A stretch of 33,233 nucleotides of DNA from Actinomycetota bacterium (GCA_025963875.1 JAOPZY010000237.1:1-33233); one strand, 5' to 3'. Shown: positions 18,075-26,772, counted from the stretch's first letter. Numbers and translations are program-made. Notes: generated by a model from the sequence alone, not told the origin.

Positions 18075-19114
18075 GAAGGCTTCCGGCCCGTCCCGTCGTC
18101 GCCGTCGTCGGCGCGACCGGCGTCGTCGGCCGCGTGATGCTCGACATCCTGCACGAGCGGGCGTTCCCGGCAGCCGAGGTGGTGCCGGTGGCATCGGCAC
18201 GCTCGGCGGGGCGCCTGGTGGCGTACGGGGACGTTCCCTTGCCCGTGAAGGTCCTGGACGAGGGGGTCTTCGACGGCGTCGACCTGGTCCTGCTCGACAC
18301 GCCCGACGACGTGGCCCGCACGTGGGCCCCGGTGGCAGCCGCAGCGGGCGCCATCGTCGTCGACAACTCGGCGGCCTGGCGGATGGACGACGACGTGCCG
18401 CTCGTGTGCCCCGAGGTCAATGCCGCAGCCCTGGAGGGCGCGGTCAAGGGCATCGTGGCGAGCCCCAACTGCACCACACTCGGCGTCGTGCTCCCCCTCG
18501 GGGCGCTGCACCTGCGCTTCGGGCTGGAGAAGGTCGTCGTCTCCTCCTACCAGTCGGCCTCGGGGGCCGGCCGGGGCGGTGTCGAGGAGTTGAGCGACCA
18601 GGTGGCCAAGCTGGCCGGCGAACCCGGCGCCGTCGAAGCGCTGGCGTCCGGCAGAGCACGCCACCTCCTGCCGGCCCCATCTGCCTTCCCCGCACCGCTC
18701 GCCTACAACGTCGTGCCGAGGGCGGGATCGCTGAAGGACAACGGTTACACGAGCGAGGAGTTGAAGCTGGTCGCCGAGACCCGCAAGATCATGGGCCTGC
18801 CCGGGTTGGCGCTCACCGCCACCTGCGTCAGGGTCCCCACCGTCGTCGGCCACGGCGCGTCCGTCTGGGCACGCTTCGCTGCCGAGGTGGACCTGGAGGA
18901 GGCGCTTGCCTGCCTGGCGGGGGCGCCGGGGGTGGAGCTCGTCGATCTCCCCACACCGCAGCTCTCGGCCGGCAGGGATCCCTCCTTCGTGGGCCGCGTC
19001 CGGACCGATCTCAGCGATCGTCACGCTCTTTGCTTTTTCTGCGCGTGCGACAACCTTCGGAAAGGTGCCGCGCTCAACGCAATTCAGATAGCGGAGCATC
19101 TTCTTCCTACGTAG
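18071..19114 (+). CDS. asd: aspartate-semialdehyde dehydrogenase
   Basis: ATGA overlap with ask. Motifs [35 protein letters not shown] and [11 protein letters not shown]. Confidence 0.98.
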   Translation: MRRLPARPVVAVVGATGVVGRVMLDILHERAFPAAEVVPVASARSAGRLVAYGDVPLPVKVLDEGVFDGVDLVLLDTPDDVARTWAPVAAAAGAIVVDNSAAWRMDDDVPLVCPEVNAAALEGAVKGIVASPNCTTLGVVLPLGALHLRFGLEKVVVSSYQSASGAGRGGVEELSDQVAKLAGEPGAVEALASGRARHLLPAPSAFPAPLAYNVVPRAGSLKDNGYTSEELKLVAETRKIMGLPGLALTATCVRVPTVVGHGASVWARFAAEVDLEEALACLAGAPGVELVDLPTPQLSAGRDPSFVGRVRTDLSDRHALCFFCACDNLRKGAALNAIQIAEHLLPT

Positions 19115-19163
19115 GCCACTTCGGGCATTCGTATCGCCGGGAATTGGCTCCGCCTTTCCAAGC

Positions 19164-19193
19164 TTGCATCGGATGACGTATCTCCACTAGGAT
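19164..19193 (+). promoter_or_regulatory. sigmaA-type promoter TTGCAT-N18-TAGGAT
   Basis: Good -35 and -10 hexamers place the start at about 19200-19201, the 5' end of the structured RNA candidate. Confidence 0.65.
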
Positions 19194-19200
19194 CCCGCAA

Positions 19201-19369
19201 GCAGTTCAGATGGGTTTTGCCAAATTCTGACGGAGCCCTGCGGAGTTGAGGGCGGAGCAGAGTATCTACGTGTTCGGCTTCGGGGGGCCCGGGCGCACGC
19301 TGGGGCTGCACGTAGTGGGATTGAAGAAAACCTGTAGTGGCAGCAACCCCTGCCACATAAAAGCACTGC
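19201..19369 (+). ncRNA. candidate ~170-nt four-stem structured ncRNA (resembles the Clostridiales-1 motif as recalled)
   Basis: Closing stem GCAGT/ACTGC; hairpins at 19224-19246, 19266-19315 (G-U pairs favour the + strand) and 19337-19356; possible pseudoknot GGGTT/AACCC; promoter directly upstream. Confidence 0.62.
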
Positions 19370-19461
19370 CAAAGCGTCTAGACATCGCGCGGCGAAGCTG
19401 ACGAAACGCGCCGAGTAACGGGCAGCAAAGCTTGCCCTTGTGCTCGCGAGTCTGGAACGGA

Positions 19462-20226
19462 ATGACGGGAGGCCGGACGCTGTTCGCAACGCGACGCCGG
19501 AACGTCTGGTGCTGGGCCCTGAGCTTGGCGTCCCTCGCTTCCGTTTTCTCCGCTGTTTCCGTTGCGGTGCCGCTGACCCCCGCCAGCGGTCAGGCCGCTC
19601 CGGTTGCCCGACTCCTCGATCTGATCAACCAGGACCGTGCCCAGCACGGCCTGGGGGCGGTTTCCCTGAGCGGACCCCTGAGCGCCATCGCCCAGAGCCA
19701 GGCCAACGCCATGGCAGGGGCGCGCCGCATCTTTCAGAATCCTGCGTTCCCGGGCGATGTCCCAGCGGCCAACTCCGCCGGCGAGAACGTGGGCTACGGC
19801 CCGGACGTCGACACCGTGCACAACGCGTTCGTGGCGAGCCCCGAGCACCAGGTGATCATCGTGGGGCCCGACTACCGGGTCGTGGGCATCGCGGTCGCCA
19901 GCTCCCCCATCGGCCTCATGGTGGTGGAGAACTTCGTCGACACCGCGGGAGGGGCGGTCGCTCCACCTCCTGCCCCACCACCACCGGTGCAGAAGCCCCC
20001 GCCCCCTCCTCCGCCGAGGCCGGTCATCGTCGTGCCTGCGGCAGCGGCGGTGCCCGCCGCGCCCGCAAAACCGGTCCCGGCCGCCCCTGCGCCCGTGCCG
20101 GTGGCCGCCCCGGCCCCGACCCCCAGCCCCTCGCCCCTCCCGTCGCCGCCGGCGTTCGACATGGCGCTCTACACCCGGATGTTGCAGTGGGACCTATGGC
20201 AGACGGGGACCTCTGCGGACCACTGA
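19462..20226 (+). CDS. secreted CAP (SCP/PR-1) domain protein with Pro-rich C-terminal tail
   Basis: Signal-peptide-like N-terminus. CAP motifs LINQDRAQHGL, AGENVG, AFVASPEH and VGIAV; poly-Pro region. Start is uncertain. Confidence 0.85.
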   Translation: MTGGRTLFATRRRNVWCWALSLASLASVFSAVSVAVPLTPASGQAAPVARLLDLINQDRAQHGLGAVSLSGPLSAIAQSQANAMAGARRIFQNPAFPGDVPAANSAGENVGYGPDVDTVHNAFVASPEHQVIIVGPDYRVVGIAVASSPIGLMVVENFVDTAGGAVAPPPAPPPPVQKPPPPPPPRPVIVVPAAAAVPAAPAKPVPAAPAPVPVAAPAPTPSPSPLPSPPAFDMALYTRMLQWDLWQTGTSADH

Positions 20227-20253
20227 CCCAACCCAGCCGTCCAGCTGTCGTAG

Positions 20254-20327
20254 TCGGGAAGGGGGGATTTGAACCCCCGGCCTCCACGTCCCGAACGTGG
20301 CGCGCTGCCAAGCTGCGCTACTTCCCG
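20254..20327 (-). tRNA. tRNA-Pro(CGG)
   Basis: Minus strand reads CGGGAAG...CCACG-TTCGGGA-CGTGG...GGTTCAAATCC..CTTCCCG-A. CCA is not encoded. A -10 TAGACT sits at 20336-20341. Confidence 0.96.
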
Positions 20328-20401
20328 TAGGGCCGAGTCTACCGCCCGTACCTCTTGTCTGGTGCCTGAACCCCGCCTTCACTTGACGTCAGGATGTACG
20401 G

Positions 20402-20995
20402 GTGGAGTTCTCCGATGTTGTACGGCGGCGGCGCATGGTGCGGCGCTATCTGCCGGAGGGTGTGCCTGATCATGTTCTTCGGCGGGTGGTTGAGGCGGGG
20501 CGGCGGGGGCCCTCTGCTGGCTTTTCGCAGGGGCAGTCGTTTGTCGTCGTCACCGATCCGGGGGTACGGCGCGAGATCGCGGCGCTGGCGGGAGAGGATG
20601 CCTACGTCGCCAAGGGCTTCCAGCCGTGGGTATCGGAGGCGCCGGCCCACGTGGTGGTCTGCACGAGCGAGCAGGACTACCGTGACCGCTACCGGGCCCC
20701 CGACAAGCTCGGGCCCCGCACCGAGCTGGACTGGCCGGTGCCGTTCTGGTACGTCGATGCCGGCTGCTCGCTGATGCTGCTGCTGCTCGCAGCGGTGGAC
20801 GAGGGCCTGGCGGCAGGGTTCCTCGCCCTCAAGAGCTACGAGGGCCTGCGGGAGCTGCTCGGCATCCCGGCCCACGTGCAACCCATCGGGATCGTGACTA
20901 TCGGCAGGCCGGCCCCGGACCGGCGCTCCGGCTCCCTGGACCGGGGCCGCAGGCCCGCCGCCGAGGTCGTCCACCACGACCACTGGGGCGCCTGA
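20402..20995 (+). CDS. nitroreductase family protein
   Basis: Motifs VVRRRRMVRRY, GPSAGFSQGQSFVVV and DAGCSLMLLLLAAVDEGLAAGF. Confidence 0.92.
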   Translation: MEFSDVVRRRRMVRRYLPEGVPDHVLRRVVEAGRRGPSAGFSQGQSFVVVTDPGVRREIAALAGEDAYVAKGFQPWVSEAPAHVVVCTSEQDYRDRYRAPDKLGPRTELDWPVPFWYVDAGCSLMLLLLAAVDEGLAAGFLALKSYEGLRELLGIPAHVQPIGIVTIGRPAPDRRSGSLDRGRRPAAEVVHHDHWGA

Positions 20996-21057
20996 CTGCC
21001 GGGCGCCTCAACCTCGACGCCGAAGCCGAACGGCGGAGTCTGAACTTAGTCCCCCAG

Positions 21058-21090
21058 CGCGCGCATGTGCGCGAAAGCCGACTGACCTCC
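21058..21090. repeat. dispersed palindromic intergenic repeat, copy A
   Basis: CGCGCGCATGTGCGCGAAAGCCGACTGACCTCC matches 28123-28155 at 30 of 33 positions. Confidence 0.85.
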
Positions 21091-21115
21091 TGGTCAGGGG
21101 AGGCCAGCCGGGCGA

Positions 21116-22000
21116 TCAGCCGAGGCCCCGCGGCACCAACTCCAGGACCGACGCCTCCGGGGGGCAGAGGAAGCGGTACGGGGCGAACTTGCCGGTGCCA
21201 AGACCCGGCGTCACGAAGAGCAGCGTCCGCCCCACCCAGGAGGCCCCCAGTGCGAGGTGGCGGGGCACCGTCGAGTTGGTGACGACCGCCCCGACGAACG
21301 GGAAGCGGATCTGGCCCCCGTGGGTGTGGCCCGCCACGACCAGGTCGAAGCCGGCTTGGGCGGCGTCCTGGTAGGGCGAGGGGTCGTGGACGACACACAT
21401 GGCAAACGCCGCATCGGGGCTCCGGCGCAGCAGGGTGCGGTCGTCCCGCTGCAGGAAGGGGTCGTCCATGCCCGTGATCTGGGTGGGGGTCCCTTTGAGG
21501 TCCACGTAGACGGTGCGGTTTGTGAGGCCCTCGTAGCCCTGGGACTCCAGGATGCGCAGGAAGTCGTCGGTGCGATTGAGCTTGGTCGGCAGCCTCCGCC
21601 GGTGGGTGAAGTAGTCGAGGTAGTTCTTGAACCTGGGGGCGTAGTAGTCGGACGAGCCGAGGACGTAGTAGCGGCCCAGGCGACCCTGCAGGCCGCCCAG
21701 GAGCCGGGCGCAACGCTCGACCGCGGCCGGCTCGCCAAGCAGGTCCCCGGTGGCGAGCACGAGGTCGTAGGTGTCCTCCGACAACCCCGAGAGGAACGCC
21801 GCGAGGCGGGTGCTGGACAGGCGCAGGTGGAGATCCGAGACCTGGAGGATCCGCAGCGGCTTGGCGTCGGGCGGCAGGACCGCCAGCCGGTGGGTGCGGA
21901 TCCAGTAGCGGTGGGCCTCGACGACGCCCCAGCCCACGCAGGCGGCCGCTGCGGCAGCCGAGGCGCCAGCCCCGGCCAGCAGCACCTTGGAGGGCTTCAT
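21116..22000 (-). CDS. calcineurin-like metallophosphoesterase (YkuE/Rv3683-like)
   Basis: Motifs QVSDLH, ATGDL, AGHTHGGQI and PEASVLEL. N-terminal membrane anchor. Conserved position beside tRNA-Pro. Confidence 0.92.
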   Translation of the reverse strand: MKPSKVLLAGAGASAAAAAACVGWGVVEAHRYWIRTHRLAVLPPDAKPLRILQVSDLHLRLSSTRLAAFLSGLSEDTYDLVLATGDLLGEPAAVERCARLLGGLQGRLGRYYVLGSSDYYAPRFKNYLDYFTHRRRLPTKLNRTDDFLRILESQGYEGLTNRTVYVDLKGTPTQITGMDDPFLQRDDRTLLRRSPDAAFAMCVVHDPSPYQDAAQAGFDLVVAGHTHGGQIRFPFVGAVVTNSTVPRHLALGASWVGRTLLFVTPGLGTGKFAPYRFLCPPEASVLELVPRGLG

Positions 22001-22971
22001 GACGCGAACGGGAGACCCACATCGATGACGGTGGGGGCGGCCGCGGCCAGCGCCTCGGCGATCGCCAGGCCCAGGCCGGGCTCGTCGTCGGCCCGGACGG
22101 CGCGCACGTCGGCGTCATGCAACGTCGGCGACGCCGCCTCCCCTTCGAAGGCGAGGACCACCACGGGAAGACCCGCCTCCGCCAGCGGGCCGAGGTCCCC
22201 CACGTCGCCGGCGCTCACGAGGGCGACGGCGGGGCCTCGCCGCTGCCGGGCGAGGCCGAGCGCCGCCACCGGCGCAAAACCCGCGTCGGCGTCCCGTGCC
22301 GGGGCGTGGAAGGTGCCCGGCACCGGGACCGGGAACAGCGGAAGCCCCCAACGGACGGGGCCTGCATCCCAGACCGTGGGGATCTCGGCGGGGATCGCAC
22401 GGCGCAGGGCCTCGATCGACGCGGGAGGCGGCCCCGCCGCGAGCAGGCGCTCCCGTGCCGCCTCCCGCACCGCCGACACCCGGACGGCGGCGCCCTCGCG
22501 GGCCGGCCCGGGTGGGCGGGCGCTCAGAGCCGCCGCGAGCTGCGCCAGCACGGCCCTAGCGTCGCCGAGCATCTCGGAGCGTGCCGGGTATCTCCGGCTG
22601 AACACCTCGGGGTCGATGTCGATGTGGAACAGCTGGAGGGGCAAGGGGATCTGCCACCGCTTGGTGGAGCGGGCGGAGAACGAGGTCCCGACGGCAAGGG
22701 CAGCATCGGCCTGGCCCAGGAGGCGGGCGACCTCGGGTGCCCCGAAGAGCGAACCGACGGCCAGCGGGTGCGTCTCGCTCAGCGCGCCCTTGCCGGACGT
22801 GCTGGTCACCACCGGCGCCCCCAGCAGCTCGGCCACCTCGCCAAGCTCGTCCCAGGCCCGGGCGGCGACGGCACCACCGCCGGCCCAGATCACCGGGCGG
22901 GCGGCAAGCGAGAGGAGCAGCGCGGCTTCCTCGATGAGTCCGGTGGAAGGCGCCGTCGGGCCGGCCGTCAC
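21997..22971 (-). CDS. truncated/degenerate ThDP-enzyme (acetolactate-synthase-like) protein: central domain plus eroded C-terminal domain
   Basis: Motifs RPVIWAGGG, GAPVVTSTSGKGALSETHPLAVG, ADAALAVG and HIDIDP..GDARAVL. No N-terminal PYR domain and no intact GDG..NN. Overlaps both neighbours by 4 nt. Confidence 0.8.
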   Translation of the reverse strand: MTAGPTAPSTGLIEEAALLLSLAARPVIWAGGGAVAARAWDELGEVAELLGAPVVTSTSGKGALSETHPLAVGSLFGAPEVARLLGQADAALAVGTSFSARSTKRWQIPLPLQLFHIDIDPEVFSRRYPARSEMLGDARAVLAQLAAALSARPPGPAREGAAVRVSAVREAARERLLAAGPPPASIEALRRAIPAEIPTVWDAGPVRWGLPLFPVPVPGTFHAPARDADAGFAPVAALGLARQRRGPAVALVSAGDVGDLGPLAEAGLPVVVLAFEGEAASPTLHDADVRAVRADDEPGLGLAIAEALAAAAPTVIDVGLPFAS

Positions 22972-24602
22972 AGCCGGGGAGTGAGCTCGAGGATCACGCC
23001 CGCCGACATCCAGCGGGCGATGATGTCCTCGACCGTGCCCGAGACGGACTGGCGCTTGGCCACGAGCAGCGCCCCGATCTCGTGGAACTCCGCCTGGTTC
23101 TCGGGACCGATCACGCGCACCGACGCATCGAAATCCACCAGCCGGGCGTCCCTGCCCTTCCACCGCAGCGACACCTTCGCTTCCCGGACGTTGCGCGCGT
23201 CGGGAACGATCTGCTGGGGTTCGGCGGAGAGGACGAAGATCTTCCCGTTGCGGTAGACGAACCAGCAGGGCAGCGAGAGGTTGGAGGTGTCGGGGGTGAC
23301 CCAGATGATGTCGGATTTCTTGAGTCCCTCCTCGATGGCCGGCCCGATGGGCAGCGTCGCAAGCCGGTCCTCGTCGGCACCCCACCCGGCGCTGCGCTCC
23401 GGGACGTAGCCGAGCTGGTCCCACTCCGCATCCACCGCCCGCAGCACGTACCAGGCGGTGTAGTTGAAGAACTCGTCTACCGCCTCGAGCGGGTCGTCGA
23501 AGTCCTCCATGCGGATCAGCTCCTCGTGGGGGATCTGGCCGGAGTCGATCAGCTTGTGGCGCTGGGCGAGGGAGATCTCGATCGAGGCCTCGAGGCCGAG
23601 CTTGTCGTCGGGCCTTGGTCCGCCCGAGCCGCGGTCCTTGTGCGGGTCCCGCCGGAAGGCCAGGACCCACGACGGCGGCTGGGGGCTGATATAGCCCTCG
23701 GACCAGAACGTTCCGTCGCTCAGGATGGCCGATAGCAGGATCGTGGGCTTGGGGAACAGCAGCTTGAAGCCGGTCCAGTGGGCCTTGAACGTGCGGGTGA
23801 GGTTGCGCTCCTGAGCGATCGACAGCGTCCCGAGCTCGCCCGCCCCCTTGGGCACCTCGTAGTCGGACAGGCGCCGCGCGATGCGGGAGAGCACCTCGTT
23901 GGGAGCGTCGGCCTTCGGTTGGGGCACCGTGCGCTCCGCCCGGGACTTGAGGACAACCGGGGGGATGTCGACGAAGTCCCGGGTCGTGATGAGACGCTTC
24001 TCCTCCGCGGCCGCAGCTCGGGTCTCCAGCTCCGCCACGTGGTCCTCGTCGGCACCCCAGCCGATGGTCGGCTCGGGGAGATAGCCGAGCTGGTCCCACT
24101 CCGCCTCCACCGCCCGCAGGACGTACCAGGCGGTGTAGTTGAAGAACTCGTCCACGGCCTCGAGCGGGTCGTCGAAGTCCTCCATCCGGATCAGCTCCTC
24201 GTGGGGGATCTGACCCGAGTCGATCAGCTTGTGGCGCTGGGCGAGGGAGGTTTCGATCGAGGCCTCGAGGCCCAGCTTGTCGTCGGGCCGGGGGCCGCCG
24301 GAGCCGCGGGCCTTGGGCGGGTCCCGCCGGAAGGCGAGGACCCACGACGGCGGTTGGAGACTGATGTAGCCCTCGGACCAGAACTGGCCGTTGAGCAACG
24401 TTGCGGAGAGCAGGATGGTGGGGTTGGGGAACAGCAGCTTGAAGCCGGTCCAGTGGGCCTTGAACGTCCGGGTGATGTTGCGCTCAAGCCCGATCGACAG
24501 CGTGCCGATCTCCCCCGGTCCCTTCGGCACCTCGTAGTCGGCGAGATTGCGCGCGACATGGAGGCGCACATCGCTGATACCGACGACCTTCCTCAGAGCC
24601 AC
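22968..24602 (-). CDS. hypothetical protein: two tandem ~172-aa unknown domains plus a C-terminal pyridoxamine-5'-phosphate-oxidase-like split-barrel domain
   Basis: GTG follows GGAAAGGGAA. Internal duplication with a 675-bp period. The C-terminal IIWVT..PCWFVYRNGKIFVLS..VSLRWKG..FDASVRVI resembles split-barrel flavin/F420-binding domains. Confidence 0.85.
   Translation of the reverse strand: MALRKVVGISDVRLHVARNLADYEVPKGPGEIGTLSIGLERNITRTFKAHWTGFKLLFPNPTILLSATLLNGQFWSEGYISLQPPSWVLAFRRDPPKARGSGGPRPDDKLGLEASIETSLAQRHKLIDSGQIPHEELIRMEDFDDPLEAVDEFFNYTAWYVLRAVEAEWDQLGYLPEPTIGWGADEDHVAELETRAAAAEEKRLITTRDFVDIPPVVLKSRAERTVPQPKADAPNEVLSRIARRLSDYEVPKGAGELGTLSIAQERNLTRTFKAHWTGFKLLFPKPTILLSAILSDGTFWSEGYISPQPPSWVLAFRRDPHKDRGSGGPRPDDKLGLEASIEISLAQRHKLIDSGQIPHEELIRMEDFDDPLEAVDEFFNYTAWYVLRAVDAEWDQLGYVPERSAGWGADEDRLATLPIGPAIEEGLKKSDIIWVTPDTSNLSLPCWFVYRNGKIFVLSAEPQQIVPDARNVREAKVSLRWKGRDARLVDFDASVRVIGPENQAEFHEIGALLVAKRQSVSGTVEDIIARWMSAGVILELTPRL
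23366..24555. repeat. intragenic direct repeat, ~515 bp x2 (23366-23880 and 24041-24555)
   Basis: Gap-free offset of 675 bp checked at both ends. Many differences are synonymous third-position changes. Confidence 0.95.
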
Positions 24603-24651
24603 ACGTTCCCTTTCCGTCGGTGCCCGTGAAGCCGCCAGATTATAGGGCCGC

Positions 24652-25758
24652 TCAGTCCCGGGCGAGGTGCCCGGAGCCGGCGAAGATCATCTCGGCCACG
24701 TCGTTGAGCGAGCTGAGGTTGGCCACGTCCCGGTTCATGTACGGGATCCGGACCCAACGCCGGCTCGGGACCTCGGACTCGAGTCGCTTCAGGCAGCGCT
24801 CCTCGCGCCGGCGAACCTGCTCGAACTCCTCCGCGATCTGGGCCAGTCGGTCGCCCAGCGGCGTGCCGACGGCGTCGCCGGCAGCGCCGGAGAAACGTGG
24901 GTGGATGCGGTTGACGACGAGGCCGCCGAAGTGAAGGTGGTGCGACGTCATCGAGGACACGAGGAACAGCGCCTCCTCCACGGCCTGGTCGGTCGGGCTC
25001 ACGACGACGACGAACCGGGTCAGGTCCTGGCGCAGCAGTTCGTAGACGGCCTGCGCCCGTTCCTTGAAGCCGTCGTACATGCCTTCGAAGTTGGCGAAGA
25101 AGTCGGCGGTGTCCTTCAGCGCCTCGGCCCCGATGACCTTCTGCACGACCCGGAGGAAGGCCACCGCCGCCAGGTTCATCGCCCGGAAGACGCCCCGCCC
25201 CCCGCCGACCGCCGGGACGAGGAACCACTTCAGCAGCCGGCCCTCCAGGAAGGAGGTCATCCGCTTCGGGGCGTCGAGGAAGTCGAGGGCGTTGCGGGTG
25301 GGCGGGGTGTCGATGACGATCAGGTCGTAGTTGCCCATCCAGTACAGCTCGTACAGCTTCTCCATGGCCATGTACTCGTGCGTGCCGGACAGGGCGCCGG
25401 AGATGGCCTGGTAGAACCGGTTGTCGATGATCGACTGCGCCCGGTCCTCGGACTTGGCGTAGCGGTGGACCAGGTCGTCGAAGGTCGTCTTCGTGTCGAG
25501 CATCATGGCGTCGAGCGGGGCGGGCGGGAGCCCGGCGGCCTCGAAGGCCTCGTCCGGCACCGGGCTCGGCTTGTTGGAGAGCGCCGTGAGGCCGAGGGCG
25601 TCGGCCAGCCGCTTGGCGGGGTCGATGGTGACGACGCACGTCTGGCGGCCGCGCAGCGCTCCCTCCATGGCGATGGCGGCCGACACCGTGGTCTTGCCGA
25701 CGCCGCCGGGGCCGGCACAGATGACGATCTGCCCGTCGAGGGCCGACTCGAGGCTCAC
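24652..25758 (-). CDS. ArsA/Get3-like ATPase (Rv3680/BagB-like partner)
   Basis: Motifs CAGPGGVGKTT (signature Lys absent), VTIDPAKRLADALG, EYMAMEKL and IDTPPTRNALDFLDAP. GTGA overlap with the upstream ATPase gene. Confidence 0.92.
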   Translation of the reverse strand: MSLESALDGQIVICAGPGGVGKTTVSAAIAMEGALRGRQTCVVTIDPAKRLADALGLTALSNKPSPVPDEAFEAAGLPPAPLDAMMLDTKTTFDDLVHRYAKSEDRAQSIIDNRFYQAISGALSGTHEYMAMEKLYELYWMGNYDLIVIDTPPTRNALDFLDAPKRMTSFLEGRLLKWFLVPAVGGGRGVFRAMNLAAVAFLRVVQKVIGAEALKDTADFFANFEGMYDGFKERAQAVYELLRQDLTRFVVVVSPTDQAVEEALFLVSSMTSHHLHFGGLVVNRIHPRFSGAAGDAVGTPLGDRLAQIAEEFEQVRRREERCLKRLESEVPSRRWVRIPYMNRDVANLSSLNDVAEMIFAGSGHLARD

Positions 25759-26720
25759 GCCTGATCTTCGATGACGTCGGCGAGCAGGTCCAGCTCCTTG
25801 CCGGCGAAGCCGTCGCCGAAGAGGAAGGGCAGGTCGATCACCGACGCCGTCCCGTCGAGGCCATCGATCAGCGTCTGCCGGTGTTCCTGCTGGATGGCGC
25901 GCCGGTCCCGGTAGAACTCGCCGCAGGCGAACAGCGCCTGGGCGCGCTGGTCGGACAGGGGCGGGGCGTCCTTCGTCCGGGGCCGCAACCCTCGGGGTGT
26001 CTTCAGGCGGTCGAGGGCGGCGTTGACGGCCGGGTCCTCGGCAAAAGGCGGGTAGAGCATGTTGAGGTGGACGCGGTCGACGTTCATGTGGACCCGCTCC
26101 TCCAGCAGCCTGGTGGTCTCGAGCGTCTCCTTCACCGGCGTCTCCTCGGCGAGGCTGACAAGGTGGACGGCCACCTGCTCGGGATCGTGCAGCCAGTCCG
26201 ACACCCGCCTTGCGTGACCGGCCAGCGTGCCCACGGGAACCGCCTCGAGGAAGCCCTCCGGCGACCGCAGCATCGACACCGCATGGCCGGCGGCCGGCGT
26301 ATCGAGGATGGCGAGGTCGAACTCGCCCTTGCGGGCCACCTGGTACCAGATCTTGCCGAGCATGAGGATGTCCCGCAGGCCGGGCGCGGCGTGGGTCACG
26401 TAGTAGACGAGCTGGGACGTCACGAGGGGTTTGACCACCCGCTTCGCATGGAACTGGACCTCGAAGTACTCCGAGAGCGCCTCTTCCGGCGAGACGTGCA
26501 TGGCCCAGAGGCCCGGGCGCAGCTCGCGCGGCTCGCTGGTCAGGGGCGGGGCGGCGAGGAGGCTGGAGAGGGCGTTCTTGCCCTCGATCTCCGCCACGAG
26601 GACCCGGAGGTCGTGGCGGGCGGCCATGACTCCGAGGGCCGCGGCGATGGTGGTTTTCCCGACCCCGCCCTTGCCGGAGATAATGAGGAGCCTGCGGTCG
26701 AGTATGGCGTCCAGAGACAC
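25755..26720 (-). CDS. ArsA/Get3-like ATPase (Rv3679/BagA-like partner)
   Basis: Motifs ISGKGGVGKTT, AAPGLRDILMLGK, LDTPAAGH and LAEETPVKET. Confidence 0.92.
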   Translation of the reverse strand: MSLDAILDRRLLIISGKGGVGKTTIAAALGVMAARHDLRVLVAEIEGKNALSSLLAAPPLTSEPRELRPGLWAMHVSPEEALSEYFEVQFHAKRVVKPLVTSQLVYYVTHAAPGLRDILMLGKIWYQVARKGEFDLAILDTPAAGHAVSMLRSPEGFLEAVPVGTLAGHARRVSDWLHDPEQVAVHLVSLAEETPVKETLETTRLLEERVHMNVDRVHLNMLYPPFAEDPAVNAALDRLKTPRGLRPRTKDAPPLSDQRAQALFACGEFYRDRRAIQQEHRQTLIDGLDGTASVIDLPFLFGDGFAGKELDLLADVIEDQA

Positions 26721-26727
26721 GGTCTTG

Positions 26728-26733
26728 ATGATA
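26728..26733 (-). promoter_or_regulatory. -10 (TATCAT) of a leaderless promoter for the ArsA-pair operon
   Basis: GGG-TATCAT lies 7 nt before the GTG start, with no SD. Confidence 0.6.
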
Positions 26734-26772
26734 CCCCCACGTTTTTACAGAGCTTTCCTGCTGCACTGCCTC

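Noticed and set aside
10925..20327. Integrative element at either tRNA
   Set aside because: No integrase and no duplicated tRNA 3' end were found in the window.
23366..24555. Diversity-generating retroelement template/variable repeat pair
   Set aside because: Differences are largely synonymous G/C third-position changes rather than adenine-specific, both copies are in frame in one gene, and no reverse transcriptase is present.
24652..26720. Arsenic-resistance operon
   Set aside because: No arsB/acr3, arsC, arsR or arsD. The paired single-domain ATPases match the BagA/BagB-type arrangement.
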